64,000 nucleotides of DNA from Octopus vulgaris (GCA_951406725.2 OX597815.1:157046001-157110000), one strand, 5' to 3'; shown: positions 38,496 through 53,245, counted from the first letter of the stretch. The notes: generated by a model from the sequence alone, not told the origin. A program made the numbers and translations.

Positions 38496-38631
38496 TATAA
38501 ACATATATATACACATACATATACAGATATATATATGTATGTATATATATGCGCATGTGTGTGTGTATAAATGTGTGTACAATATATATATGCATACATA
38601 TATGTATAAACATATACATACATATACATAT

Positions 38632-38705
<74 letters not shown>

Positions 38706-39336
38706 GTATATATATGTATGTATATATATATATATATATATGAATACGTGAATATATGCACATATATATATATGCACATGTGAATGTGTGCGTATGTATA
38801 TTCGTTTGCTTGAGTGTATCTATGCATATATATATATACATACACACACATACACACACACACATATTTGCATACACATATCTATACTCACGTGCGCGCG
38901 TGTATCGTGTGTGGTGGGGGGGGTTTGTGAAACGAAACTGAAACAATCAACTAGTGATGTCGCCCTGCACGTCATGTGACAGGCCGCTAATGTGATCAAA
39001 CTGTGAGTCGTTGTGTTGTTATGTGCGTATTTATACATAAACAATTATACAACCATATACGCATATGTATTGACATCTAAGCATTGCTCTAGATAAAAAA
39101 GCATACGCATTCACTCATAATTGAAGGAAGAAAAAAAAAACCGTGATAAACAAATCCACATTTTAGGTTGTTGCCATATTGGGATTTCATCGTGATTTAA
39201 TAAAACTAATAAAGAATCGTACTCAGTTCTTAGTTCCATTTTCCTTTTTTTATATATTTGATTTTGACGTTTTGATCTGGTGTTTGTTTTTTTTGTTTTT
39301 GTTATTTTTTTGTTCTTTTTAATGTGACTTCTCATT

Positions 39337-39404
<68 letters not shown>

Positions 39405-39720
39405 TACTCTGTTGCCTTTTTATTTCGTGCATGTTTGTTGTGTACGTTTGTATATGTATACACATACATGCATACATACATATACAAGCATACATACATG
39501 TACGCATATATGCGTGTGTGTGTGTGTGTGTGGTTGTGTGTATGTATATGTATGTATATCTATATACATATATACATACATACATACATACATACATACA
39601 TACATACATACATACATACATACATACATACATACATACATACATACATACATACATACATACGTACGTACGTACCTACATACATACATACATACATGTA
39701 TGCATGTATGTATTAAGCAT
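37470..39720. repeat. compound microsatellite field (TA, TATG, CA, CT)
   Basis: Direct inspection; source of many spurious YI/CV/HT ORFs. Confidence 0.95.
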
Positions 39721-40229
39721 GTTATTTAGTGTTATTTATAAATCTCTTGTCAATGGAAAAAGCGCTGTTTTCTAACCCAGATCCAATACCCCGCCATTGA
39801 AATTTGAAACTTTAACACGTTAGTTGTGCATGTTTGTGTGTAGGTGTGCAATATTTGAAATCAGTGCATGTGAACATGTGTATGTTTTGTTATATATATA
39901 TATGAATTCCCATGCACACTGTTGCATGTCTAGTTATGTACATATTTACTTAAATGCTAAACTTTTGGAAAGTTTTATATATTTTGACAATTCCATTGAT
40001 GGTTTGTGTCTGTAATTGTCTAATTAGCTTTCCCCTTTCTGGATTTGAGAAGCCTTGTTTCTCAAAACGGATGTTTTGGCAACTTATTACATATCCAAGT
40101 GCCCTGTAGTGAGGTTGTCACCTTAGACTATATATCCACGAGATTTATTTAATCAGTGATAATACAACGACTATTTGTATTTAAGTTGAAGAGGGTGACT
40201 TGTAGTGAAGTCAGATCAGCTATGTACGC

Positions 40230-40303
<74 letters not shown>

Positions 40304-40318
40304 AAAGTACGCACGCCG

Positions 40319-40371
<53 letters not shown>

Positions 40372-40374
<3 letters not shown>

Positions 40375-41230
40375 TCATTTAACGTCCGCATTCCTTACTA
40401 GCATTGGTTGGACAATTTGACTGAGGTCTGGCGAACCAGACTCCAATCTGATCTGGCAGAGTTTCTACAGCTGGATGCCCTTCCTAACGCCAACCACTCC
40501 GAGAGTGTAGTGGGTGCTTTTACGTGCCATCGGCACGAGGGCCAATTTGGTGGTACTGGCAACGGCCACGCCCAAATGGTGCTTTTTACGTGCCACCTGC
40601 ACAGGAGGCAGTCCAGCGGCACTGGCGACGACCTCGCTCGAATGTTTCACGTGCCACCAGCACAAGTTTTAGTAAGGCGACGCGGTAACGATCACGCTCG
40701 AATGGTGTGCTTAACGTGCCATCGGCACGAAGGCCAGCTTGTTGCTCTGGCAACGATCTCTCTCGTATGGTACTCTTAGCGCTCCACTAGCAACGGATGC
40801 CAGTCACCGAGTTTGATTTTGACTTCGATTTCGATTTCACTTGCCTCAACTGATCTTCGCAAGCAGAGTTTAGTGTCCAATGAAGAAAAAGCACGCATAG
40901 CATAGGCCACAAGGTTATGGTCACACTTGCGCTTGCCGAGTCTTCTGCAGCACAGCATATTTCCAGAGGTCCCGGTCACTAGTCATTGCCTCGCTGAGGC
41001 CCAATGTTTGAAGGTCATGCTTCACCACCTCATCCCAGGTCTTCCTGGGTTTTCCTCTTCCACAAGTTTCCTCAACTGCTAAGGTGTGGCACTTTTTCAC
41101 ACAGCTATCCACATCCATTCTCGCCACATGACCATACCAGCGGAGACGTCTCTCTTGCACACCACATCTGATGCTTCTTAGGTCCAACCTTTCTCGCAGA
41201 GCACTAACACTTTGTCGAGTATGTACACTG
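40372..41230 (-). mobile_element. RTE-clade LINE 3' end with 3' UTR
   Basis: RRLRWYGHVARM...GRGKPRKTWDEVVKHDL...DRDLW* (40921-41187); UTR with repeated acgtgcca units and a short (TGA)n tail. Confidence 0.92.
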
Positions 41231-41254
41231 ACATTTATATATATATATATATAT

Positions 41255-41780
41255 ATAAAGTAAAAAATGGGTCAAGAACTCAAAACATCCGGACAACAAG
41301 ATGGAACAAAAAGGGACAACAAAACATCCAGATAGACGATACAAAAAAACAAGGACGGGTCATTCGAAGCTTTTTATCCTCAGTCAAGAACCGGATCATC
41401 CTCACAATTTCGGCTGATTAATCTTGAGATAGCTCCAATCTGGCCAGCTCCGAGGAAAAACTAAGCGAAGAGCATTAGATTCCTTGGAAAAAAGCATCAA
41501 ATGTATACGAAAACAAGGACGAAAAAACAGACGATGTTACACGAATATATATACAAAAATACAATAAAAATAATAATAATAATCATAATAATATCAGGAC
41601 ACAACAAAAGGTGTCTTTTGACTGGGAACGAATTGAATTCAGCTGGCGTGTGTGGGAATGAAGCCTTACGGCAAAGATCCAAAGCTTTCACGCACAGGGA
41701 AGAATACTGATGTAGCAGTGACCGCAGTTCTCTTCTCACGTGACCGAGAGGGCAGACTGCCAGTCCTCTTTTTGCATATA
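41255..41780. repeat. third copy of the 12000-13185 repeat family
   Basis: aaacaaggacgggtcattcg...ccaatctggccagctcc...gagcattagattccttgg...agctggcgtgtgtggg. Confidence 0.8.
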
Positions 41781-41784
41781 CATA

Positions 41785-42930
41785 TATACGACGAGCTTCT
41801 TTCAGTTTCCGTCCACCACATCCACTCACAAGGCTTTGATCGGCCCGAGGCTATAGTAGAAGACACTTACCCAAGGTGCCACGCATTGGGACTGAACCCA
41901 GAACCATGTAGTTGGTAAGCAAGTTAAGTATCACACAGCCACTCCTACGCCTACTGCCTATTACTTATATGTATATTTCCCATGTCTACATCTTTTATCT
42001 TTTACTTCACTTTGGTCATGCTGAAGCCCAACTTAGAAGAATTTTTGAAGAAGGAATCGACTCCAGTGCACTTTTACGCCTGATACTTCAGACAGTTTTG
42101 CCGAACCGCTAAGTTACGGGGACGTATACAACCAACACCAGTTGTCAAGCGGTGTAGGAGAACAAGCACATATACAAAGACACGCACACATGCATACATG
42201 CACACACATGCACACGCATGTATGTATGTATGTTATGTATGTATGTAAGTATGTATTTATGTATTTATGTATGCATGTATGTATGTATGTATGTATGTAT
42301 GTATGTATGTATGTATGCATGTATGTATCTATGTATGTATACGATTGGCTACTTTCAGTTTCTGTCTACCAAATCCCTTCACAAGGCTTTGGTCGGCCCG
42401 AAGCTATAGTAGAAGAAACTTGCCTAAGGTGCTACTCAGTGGGAATGAACCTGGAACCACGTTGTTTGGAGGCAAGCTTCTTATCACACAAATACGCCTG
42501 CTTTGCGTTGAAGCTTCTCTATTTATCCCGACCAGACTTGTCTCAATCATTGGACTGCGGCCATGCTAGGGAATCTCTTGAAAAGTTTAACCGAACAATC
42601 GATCCCAGTACTTATATTTTTAAAGTCTAGTACTTATTTGATCTGTATCTGTTGCCGAACCACTAAGTTATGAACATACATCGCATGTGAAGTAGGGGAA
42701 ACAAACACAAATACAGGCACAAAGACACACTCATACTCACACATACACGCACGCACGCACACACACACACACACACATATTTATACACGACCGGCTTTCA
42801 CACAGCTTTGTCCACCAGATTCACTCGCAACGCATTAATCGACCCAGAGTAATAGTAGAAGATACTTGCCCAAGATTCAGCGCAGCGGGACTGAACCGGA
42901 AGCCATGTGGTTGCAAACAATCATACCTGG
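41785..42930 (-). mobile_element. cluster of three SINE group B copies in the same orientation
   Basis: Three repeats of gctatagtagaaga.acttgcc.aagg...gggactgaacc; heads end near 41951, 42500 and 42930. Confidence 0.85.
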
Positions 42931-43858
42931 GCAACAATTCATTTACTTATTAAATAATTTATTTATTTATTTATTTATTTATTTTTGCTACTGAATGAAA
43001 CAAGCTTGGCATATACCCTCGCACCCTTGAGGATGCCTTCTCATATTCTACATCACCTCCACTTTCTTCATTTTCCTCCCTTTCACTCATTCTTCCCATT
43101 AGTTTTTTTCTCACTTTCGCTTCATCTTTTCCATCAACGACTACCATAACACCTACAAACCCACCTCGCATATCATGTCCAGCATCATCAGTGCTCCACC
43201 CCCATTAGCTCGACCAACCACTTTGATCATCCTCACGGTAAGGATCACGATAGTTAGCACAACCAACGTCATTAACATCCACAACGACAGCATAAATCTT
43301 TCATCTTAATATCACAATCAGCAGCTACATCTCCAGCCCCAACTACCAATGCCAAAACCGCTACAATCACAAATCGACTCCCACCATGTCCACAACCACA
43401 TTGCCCGCAACCACACAATATAACTACCATACCACAACTACCATTACTACTATCAGCTATTATTACCATCACAGCTATCATGACAACCGCAATTACAGCC
43501 ATAATTACAAAAGCATTTTTACTTTACATTTCTATATGAGAAAGCCTGTATTTATGAGGAATATTTTTTATGACCTTTCGTTCGTTAATAGTACAAATAG
43601 GATGATGGATCGGCAGAATCAGTAGAGTCGCGGAGACAATGTTCTGTGGCATATAGAAAACCCTTAATTCATGAGTTCAAATCTCGTTGGGTTCAATATA
43701 TACCAGTTAGTTTCTCTGCCGATTACACCCATTCACCATTCACCAAAACTTGAGGCCTTATGTCTATGTCAAACCAACATTGCAAATTTATTCTATTGTT
43801 TCTTTCTTCTATGTGTTTCTTTTTTTATTCTCTTCCTCTATTTCTCCCTCTCTCTCAC

Positions 43859-43895
<37 letters not shown>

Positions 43896-43986
43896 ATCTC
43901 CCTTTATCTCTCCTTTAAGGTGTATTTCCGTATTTCTCATGCATCATCTTTCTCTGACATTAATCTATTTCTTTCTTCAACTTTTA

Positions 43987-45227
43987 CAGGGGTTGGACAA
44001 AATAATGGAAATACCTTAAAATTTCAAACAAATTTATTTTAATATGGGGTATGACCGACTTTAGCAGTAATTACAGCTTGTATTCTACGAGGTATGGACT
44101 CATACAAAGTTTCAATTGTTTCCAAAGGAATTTTTGTCCATTTCTTCAGCTAAAAGAGTCTCCAATTCTTCTAGTGGTGATGGTGGAGGATATCGACTCT
44201 TTACTTGTTTTTTTCTAAAATGCACCAAAAATATTCAATAATATTGAGATCTCGGGACTGTGGTGGCCAGATAAAATGTTCAACTTCACTAGAATGTTCC
44301 TCGTGCCATTCAGTAAGAACTTTAGCTGAGTGAATTGGTGCATTATCATCCTGAAAGATTGCATTTCCCTTCAGAAACAGTTCCGCAACCATAGGATGAA
44401 TTTGATCAGATAAAATGTTTAAATAGTCTTTCAAAGACTATTAATTCTGCCATGGAGGGAAACCATTGGGCCGGCATATTTCCAAGATATAGCTCCTCCT
44501 CCCCACATCATCACAAATTCTCCTCATTGTTTAACAGTTGGAAAAAGGCGGTCTAGGTCAAATGCTTCATTTGGCTGTCTCCTCACGTATATACGGCCGG
44601 TAGTCGGAAATAAGGTAAAGGATGACTCGTCCGAGAAAATAACATTCTTCCGCTGCTCTAGGGACCAATTCTGTAGGTTTTTACTCCACTCTGAACGCTT
44701 TGCAACGTTTGTTTTTGAAAGTAGTGGTTTTCTGATTGCCTCCCTCCCATGAAATCTGGCTTTGTGCAGCTCCCGGCGAACAGTTTTTGTGGAAACTGGG
44801 TTCTCGAGGTTGTCATTAACCTCTGCAGTAATCTTGGGAGCTGTACTTTGTGATCCTTTCTAACAATTCGCGTAAGAGTCCGACAGTCCCTATCTGAAAG
44901 TTTTGGTTTTCTTCCAGAGTTTTGTTTCAACGAGACACTACCTCTTGATACAACAAACATTTCGACTGTTTTCGTTACTCTAGTGCCTGCCATACGAGAA
45001 CCAACAATTTGACCTCTTTGCAAGTCCGATAGATCTGTTGTTTTAATGAATTTTAATTCCGTTTTTCTGATATCTGGAAAGAAACAGCAATTTTAGCAAA
45101 ACATATTAAGCAACACTAATAATAAATCAACAAACATAAAAATAAACAATCTTTTGAAGGTTTTATAGATATTTCAAAATTATGATGCTATGATGCTAAG
45201 TGTTTCCATTATTTTGTCCAACCCCTG
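43987..45227 (-). mobile_element. Tc1-family transposon, full-length with frameshifted DD34E transposase
   Basis: TIR caggggttggacaaaataatggaaa at both ends with TA TSD. QRGQIVG..SGRKPKLSDRD; FSDES; FQDDNAPIH...WPPQSRDLNIIE. Confidence 0.95.
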
Positions 45228-45683
45228 TATTATTCTTTCAAGAAATTCATGCAAGTAATTGTCAAGCCACTGACAAAAATGTTCCACTCATTGTTATTCT
45301 TCATCAAACATTGATAATCCCTTCATTCTCAACCACCTGTCAAACTATGTTAATTATAATTAACGACAGTCATTCTTTACTAGACCGTTGCCATTGACAA
45401 TTATTTACAATAGTTACCATTCACTTTCAGATATTGCTACTTTTACCAATTGTTTTCAGTTACTTTTCTTTTTAATCGCTAGAAAATATAAACCATTGTC
45501 TGTCATTTTCAGTCACTTTCAGTTGCTTTTTTCATTAGCTACTTCATGTTATACACGTGCCGCAGGAGTGCACCGCGGCCCACCATTTGAGAACCCCTGC
45601 TCTACCACTTCTAGTACAAAATTACATTGAGCACTTCTACGTTTGTACAAAATAAACAAAGCCAATATTCATATACATCTATA

Positions 45684-45895
45684 AGGCGGCGAGCTGGCAG
45701 GATCGTTAGTTACGCCGTGTTAAATGCTTAGCGGTATATCGTCCGTCTTCATATTCTGGATTCAAATTCCGCCGAGGTCAACTTTGTTTTTCCTCCTTCT
45801 AGGGTTGATTAAATAAGTACCAGTTGGGTACTGGGGTCTATGTAAGCGACTTTCTTCCTTGTCCGAAATTGCTGTCCTAGAGTCAAAATTCGAAA
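45684..45895 (+). mobile_element. SINE group A copy
   Basis: ggcggcgagctggcag...ttcaaattccgccgaggtcaactttg...aaataagtaccagtt. Confidence 0.88.
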
Positions 45896-45959
45896 TCTGT
45901 ATAATCTATAAATATGCGTGCGTGTACATGTTTATTGCCTCGATTGTTTAACTTTGCAC

Positions 45960-46340
45960 ATACACGATATGCGTGCATTGACTGGGACATTCTGGGACAC
46001 TACGTTGAAGAGTTTAGTCTAACAAATCAACTCCAATACTTATTTTTAAAGTATGATACTTATGTATTCTATCGGTTCCTATACCCGAACCTTTAAGTTA
46101 CGGGGTTGGAAACAGACCAATACAGGTTATCAATCAGTGATAGGGGACAAACACAAATACAAGGATATACACACATACACATATTATATGTGTTTCCACA
46201 GAGTTTCTGTCGACCAAATTCTTTCACTAAGCATTGGTCTGCGCGGTACTATAGCAGAAAACAAGGTATTGTGCAATACAACTGAATCTAAGACCATATG
46301 GTTACAAGGCGAACTTCTAAAGCACAGATCCATGCTTGCA
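45960..46340 (-). mobile_element. degenerate SINE group B
   Basis: ccgaacctttaagttacgggg...gacaaacaca...actatagcagaa...aaccatatggtt. Confidence 0.65.
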
Positions 46341-46737
46341 CATGTATATAAATATGTTAATAACGAACTGAAATTAGATGGATAATAAATCCTTTAACGA
46401 AATTCTTTAATACCCTTCTACCAAGTTAATAATCCGGCATTAGTTAGGGATGAATATCCCTTGTAATATTAATCTAGCTGAATAACTGCTGATTATTTCG
46501 TCAACAGGGAAACGTTTTTACTAGAGTATTAACTTAATTTCAATCGAAAAATATATAAAAGCATGTAAGTATTTGTATACATGACAATTATTTTATTACT
46601 TTTGCTAACGGGGTAAAAACATGGGCGTTTGTTTCTTAAAAACATACATCATGTCACAGAAATATGTTTCCCAACGGGAAAATGGTTTACATTAATATGA
46701 ATCATTTGGATTACTTTCTGTTCTTTCGGTTTGCCTT

Positions 46738-46880
<143 letters not shown>

Positions 46881-46927
46881 GTCTGTGTAACTGGAGTTAA
46901 ACACAGGTGTTATTCAAATTCTTTTAC

Positions 46928-47013
46928 TTCCGATACATGTTTCGAAGATATCATTGGTAGTATTCCAAAGGAATAAAAATTGTGTAAAACAATGTAATCT
47001 TCCCTTCAGGGAA
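46928..47013 (-). ncRNA. hammerhead-like motif with extended stem II
   Basis: RC: TTCC CTGAAGG GAAGATTACATTG...CAATGATATCTTC GAAA CATG TA TCGGAA. Palindromic stem III and GUA triplet; A9 is replaced by G. Confidence 0.45.
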
Positions 47014-47499
47014 ATGAAGAAATGAAACTCGTCAATAAGGCATTTTAACAGAAAATGATGGATATGTATAGTGATTAACTGAACGCTATCAAGTTTGTTT
47101 CAACAAAACGTTAGAGGATATAACGTCAAAGGTAACCTATAGAAGGAGGAGGGTTAAAAGAAAGAAAAACCTAAGTAACTGAGAAATATATAACTATATG
47201 TATATTAAATAAAACCATATAGACTTGGAAAAAGATATATCTAGTGAATGTGAAATGTAAGAAGAAAATTAATGTTTAAATTCTATATAATGATAGATAT
47301 CACTTATATGAAGTAAAGGTGTTGTTTCTGCCAATGTTTACATCGGTATGCACGCTCTATATCCGTGTTTACAAGGGGATTTTTAGAAAAAAGATATTAA
47401 AAATAGTTCAGAATTACAGAGAAGACAGAATTCCTTGCCTTTGTCATAAGGTATCGAGATTGAGAGAATCAACCAATCTAAATTAAATTGTTTATTGTG

Positions 47500-48175
47500 G
47501 TCTTTTAGATACCAAATTAATCGTGCATACCGGTGTAAACATTGGCAGAAACACATCTAAAATGCAATGCACAGAAGTTCTTCAGCCTATTTATGAGCAA
47601 CAATTAATTGAAGTGTCCCCTAATATTACCACTGCACATAAGCTGTACATGGCAATGCTTATCACAAGCTATGAAACAGAAAGGAGTTCCTCAAAGCTTT
47701 TCTTTGTAAAGAATAGATTTCGGTTTACGATGGTAGAAGAGCGCTTAAATTCCTTATGCATATTGTCTCTATAAAATGACATTTCAAGGAGGCTGTCATA
47801 TGACAAAACTGTTGCTACAAAAAAAAAAACCAGAAAAAAGAGTATTTTGTAATTTTCATATGTATCTTAATGATGCATCATGCATATATATAACGCTTCC
47901 CTAATTTTCGGAAAATATTCGCAGTGATCTACCATAGAACAGTCACATCGACAAAGATATCGGGGATTATCCACAACTCGTTTTCTGAAGGAAAGTGGGC
48001 TCACTTTCAGACTCATTTTTAAGGACCCTGCGTCACAACTGTACCACCTGGGCTCCTTGCGGGAGTATGAAAATATTTTGGCCGTTGTTTGATGTTACTG
48101 TACTGTTGCTGGTTGTAAAGGGGGTTCCCATAACATTTTAAGCTTCAGGATCCCAATATTGTAAATCCACCACTG
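47500..48175 (+). mobile_element. hAT transposon 3' relic (dimerisation domain plus terminus)
   Basis: PNITTAHKLY..ITSYETERSSSKL..VKNRFRFTMVEERLNSLCILS (hATC domain); ends in aaatccaccactg (reverse complement of a CAGTGG-type TIR). Confidence 0.8.
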
Positions 48176-48329
48176 CGTAGAAGTGGGGAATATTCAGACA
48201 CTTTGCACTGTAATTTAATGGGTAGTTTGCACAGTTCGTCAAATAACAAGTCACTTACATATATGTCGAAATTGACGAAAGTCTGTCATATATATGTCTG
48301 TGTGCCTGTGTGAATGTGAACGCTTGTTG

Positions 48330-48860
<531 letters not shown>

Positions 48861-49959
48861 TGAAAAACTGGTTTACGCCTTATATTACAAAGAACATTAA
48901 AACATAACTTCTATAATTTCTCGTACATTATCTATTATGTAATCGCGACTACGTGAATTTCCATTCAGCTTACGTACGATGTTTCGAGTGGCCAATCCAT
49001 TACTCTTATAACATTCATATCGCCCTAGTCGCTACTGTTGCTTTTATTTTTGATGATATTCTTTTAGTTGTTGTTGCTACTGTTGTTGTCTTTGTTGCCG
49101 TTGTCGTTCAGGTTGAGACCAGCTCTGATCGAGGAGATTATGCCACGCAGTTTATCGGCTGAACTACAATGTGTGGATGTATGTATATGTATGTGTATGC
49201 GGCTATCACGTCTATTGTTCTAGAAATAATTAATCTATTGTTCCTAATACTGTTCATGTTTTCATGCTTAACGGTCAACCTTAGTGACTCCACCTTAATG
49301 AGTGAACTGGAATGACACCGTTAATTGATCTTATCAATAATGACTTTCCAGAGGGGGAGGAGGACTTGGAATCAACATTGTAAATTAACATAGCTATATG
49401 ACCTAATTACTTATCGCAACAATAAGGGGGGACTCTCCGTATTTCCCTGCCTGGTGTCAGAACAAAGGACACATTGTATATTGTAGTCTGGGACACACCA
49501 TACTTAGGAAAACAGGAGAGAATGGTCACGGCTGGAATGCCCTAAATCATAGTTCTCTTGAAAAAGGACCGACTGGGACTTTTGAAACAACGATAATAAG
49601 GTTTATGGCGAAAAAAAGGATTTTCTTTATTTTTCAAAATTTTATTTTCTCACTCCAAGTAGTTTTGTTTTTGTTTAATCCAACTTCTTCACTGCATGAA
49701 TGATCAAAAGCGCTCCATCTTTAGCCATCTCCTTTTATCTCATTATTATTAAGGGAGTAGGGTATATTTACGTGTATCTGACAAGCTCGCTTTCCCATTT
49801 CTTTATTTCTCTTATGAGAGGTTTCATAAAACAAACTAACAGTAATATACTGGGGTCTATCACATCCTTATTGTGCTACTCATTTTTGGGGGGGTTTTTT
49901 AATTTTTTTTTTTTACTATTTTCACATAATTACCCTACAGATGTAATACTTTTGCAGAA

Positions 49960-50121
49960 AAAGTAATTTCGTAAAAAGTCGTTTCCATAAAAAGTCGTTT
50001 CGGTGAAAAATCTCTTGATAAAAATCGTTCGATAAAAATTCGTCCGATACGATACAAGTGGGTTTTCGATGAACAGCCGTTCGATAAAAACTCGTTCAAT
50101 AAAAAAAAATCGAATCACGGA
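49960..50121. repeat. degenerate ~15-bp tandem repeat (ttcgataaaaagtcg-like)
   Basis: Repeated cgttcgataaaaa units ending in gaatcacgg. Confidence 0.65.
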
Positions 50122-50272
50122 AACAAATTTCTTAAGGCGTCTTGTCCTTCCCTGTAACATTTCTCCAAGTTCACTGCCCGGATAATATACTCCCTGCTAT
50201 GGAAAAAGATGGTGTGGACACAACCGGAGCGTCTTTGATTTCATAGTTTGACGATCAAAGCTGACAACAATA

Positions 50273-50657
50273 CAGGATGTTCGGGCTAAATTTGACCATT
50301 TTTTATGTCTACTTTTTCAGAAACAGCTTGATGCCTTAGTGAACAGTCAACAGCGTTAGAGAGCATAAAGATTAAATAGTGTAGTTGAGAAAAACTCCAA
50401 CCGTTTTGTCTGCAAATTCAAGGCCAAACTGTTGGCCAAGATCAAGGAGGTGTTCAAAGATCTTGCCAGGGATACAGTGAGGAGCGCACGCACAAGTTTT
50501 CCGAACCGACTTGAGGCTGTGGGGGAAGGTGAGTAAACTGTTATCTTCCAGCCATAATTGATATATTTGGATTTTTTTTAATTCTTTCAGTTTTGCCTGG
50601 GATATTGTGTTTTATTTTCATTTTATGCAAATTGTCGAATTTAGCTCAAACGCCTTG
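50273..50657 (+). mobile_element. internally deleted Tc1/mariner-superfamily element
   Basis: TIRs caggatgttcgggctaaatttgac / gtcgaatttagctcaaacgccttg with TA flanks; C-terminal relic KIKEVFKDLARDTVRSARTSFPNRLEAV. Confidence 0.75.
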
Positions 50658-50688
50658 TATATATAATGATGTCTCTTATAGATACAAT

Positions 50689-50971
50689 CAGTGGCAAACT
50701 GGCTAGGTTGCCTGCTTGCCCTGTGGCAAGTGGACCCCTGCGCCATTAGAATCCATATATGGAGGCCCATGTTAGTATCTAAGGGGCCCATCCCTTCAAG
50801 TTTGAGAAATTTTTATTCACTCCTTTTTTTTTTATTTCAGCCTGGCTGTGTTTTTAGACAGTTGAAAAGAATACTTTTAACAAAAAGAAAAAATTAAATG
50901 ATAGCATTGTAGCTGCGGGTGGGCCCCTTAGTCTCCTGGCAACAACTAATCTTAGACCCAATCCGCCACTG
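50689..50971. mobile_element. hAT-type MITE
   Basis: Ends cagtggc... / ...gccactg; 8-bp TSD gatacaat / gctacaat (1 mismatch). Confidence 0.75.
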
Positions 50972-51189
50972 GCTACAATTTTGTATCAAAATATATGCAA
51001 GTGTATCGATCCTGAACTTATTTTATCGGAGCTGTAATAAAACTAGTTATATATAAAGTTCAGCTTATTAGAATTTGAAATCAGAGCTTAGGACGTAAAG
51101 GTAACCGAAGACATTACAAAATAATTGTCTGCTACTTAGGCGAATCAATGACAACTATTAATTCCTACAAAATGTAATAAAAGCATTTA

Positions 51190-51862
51190 TTTTTTATCTT
51201 TTACTTGTTTCACTCATTAGTCACTAGCCATACTGGAGGACAGCCTTAAAGAATTCTAGACCAAGGAATCGACCCTAGTACTGTATTTTTTAAGCCTGCT
51301 ACTTTTGCCGAACCGCCAGGTTAAAAAACCAACACTAAGTTGTCAAACGGAGGTGGGACACAAACACAGGTACAAATACAGACCGCGCGCACACATACAC
51401 ACACACACACGCACGCACACACACACACACACACAAACACACACATATAGACAGACAGACAGATAGGATGGGCTTCTTTCAGTTGCCATTAATCACATCC
51501 AGTCACAAGACTTTGGTCGGCCCGAGGCTATAGTTAGAAGGCACTTGCTCAAGGTGCCATGCAGTGGGACTGAACCCAGAACCATGTGGCGGGGAAGCAA
51601 AATTAATAATAATAATAATGAAATTATTGTATACAGTGCTCAGATGCCCCACAGCTTGTCAAAAGTGCGTATAAAGCATATGCAGTAATGTACAAATGTC
51701 TGGAACGTGAACAATGTATGAGTTAGATACATGCTTGCGTGTGTATGAAGGGGAGAAAATCCGGTGTGGTGTTGGCGAATCTCAGGAAGCATAGAAGTTT
51801 TGAAGGATGCAGCGCTCCGACAACTAACAACTGATTCTTGCCACAGAGTCATACCTGCCTCT
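51190..51862 (-). mobile_element. SINE group B interrupted in its head by a LINE fragment
   Basis: SINE body 51190-51600; the head resumes at ~51836 (ttcttgccacagagtcatacctgcctct). Confidence 0.8.
51602..51835 (-). mobile_element. CR1-like LINE 3' end with (TTA)n tail
   Basis: RC encodes SVVSCRSAASFKTSM (CR1 C-terminal 'VVxAxSLxxFK' motif) followed by a UTR and (tta)n. Confidence 0.65.
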
Positions 51863-52394
51863 GTATGTTACGCTTGTGTAGCAGATTTCGTATACTATCG
51901 TTGTAATAGCTCCGCATTGAAAAGCTATCTGTTTCTTTCTTCTAGTAATGTTTGTAAAACCAACTTCAAGAGAACTCTTCTATCATTAACTAGGTCTCTG
52001 TATATTCTAGGTTTCAGAGAAATAACGTATTCTTTTATCTCTAATTGTCTTATTTCTCAGTATTTCTCTGAATTGATACTCTGTAAGCTTACTTATTCCT
52101 AACGCTGCTTGCCTCAGCCAGATACCATATGAGCTTCGATAATTGTAATAACATTTCAGAATATGACAGGCACGTACACACACACACACATACGCACACA
52201 CACATACACACAAGTGCATACGTACTTACTTACATACATACATACATACATGCATACATACATAAATACATACATACATACATACATACATACATACATA
52301 CATACATACATACATACATGTACGAGCATGTGATTATGTCAGTGTATATAGATGAAATATCACTAAGTACATGTATGTATATATGTGTATATAA

Positions 52395-52628
52395 CGGCGG
52401 CGAGCTGGCAGAAACGTTAGCACGCCGGGCGAAATGCGTAGCCGTATTTCGTCTGTCGTTACGTTCCGAGTTCAAATTCCGCCGAGGTCAACTTTGCCTT
52501 TCATCCTTCCGGGCTCGATAAATTAAGTACCAGTTACGCACTGGGGTCGATATAATCGACTTGTTCCGCTTGTCTGTCCTTGTTTTCCCCTCTGTGTTTA
52601 GCCCCTTGTGGGTAGTAAAGAAATAGGT
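52395..52628 (+). mobile_element. full-length tRNA-derived SINE group A (Meta-domain-like)
   Basis: ggcggcgagctggcagaaacgttagc...gagttcaaattccgccgaggtcaactttgcctttcatccttcc...agtaccagtt...gtgggtagtaaagaaatag. Confidence 0.92.
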
Positions 52629-52892
52629 ATATGTGCATATGTGCATGCATATATCTAACATTTACATGTACATTTATGCGTTTCTATACGTACACGTATC
52701 AAATAATATAGGTATGTTTCTTTATTAATCTTTTCGCAAGCAGAACGTTGACTGTGACTTCGAAGTTTCATCTTAGTCACCATTTTCAGTTTAATAATAA
52801 GCAAGTGCTCTTCTGAAAAGCATTGTGTAATCCTTCAATGTAATATTATACTGTTTTTTAATAAAAACAAAACAAATGTGTATGTGTGTATG

Positions 52893-52940
<48 letters not shown>

Positions 52941-52942
<2 letters not shown>

Positions 52943-53122
52943 AAGAGTTTATGAAAAAAACAAAAGACGAAGACAGGTGGTGTACAAAACAAACAGATGT
53001 ATTAGTATAACGCTCAGGAATAGAAAACGTATTTTACGTTTCGAGCCTACACTCTTCTACAGAAAGGGACACAGAAAAAACAAGGAGAGAAATTAAAGGA
53101 GACAAAAAAAGGAGAGAAAAAA

Positions 53123-53125
<3 letters not shown>
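52941..53125 (-). mobile_element. short insertion in (TA)n, probable PLE terminal fragment
   Basis: Flanked by (TA)n on both sides; RC contains gaagagtgtaggctcGAAACGTA (degenerate hammerhead-like). Confidence 0.45.
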
Positions 53126-53157
<32 letters not shown>

Positions 53158-53201
53158 TGTATATATGTATGTATGTATAAATATTATAAATAAATATACT
53201 C

Positions 53202-53245
<44 letters not shown>

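Noticed and set aside
37381-39775. Many 60-200 aa ORFs rich in YI/CV/HT/MYVC (also at 13-18 kb, 42 kb, 48 kb, 53-55 kb and 61-63 kb)
   Set aside because: Translations of stop-free microsatellites; no coding signal.
40500-40770. CRISPR-like spaced repeats (acgtgcca... units)
   Set aside because: Degenerate subrepeats of an RTE 3' UTR with mutually similar 'spacers'; eukaryotic context with no cas genes.
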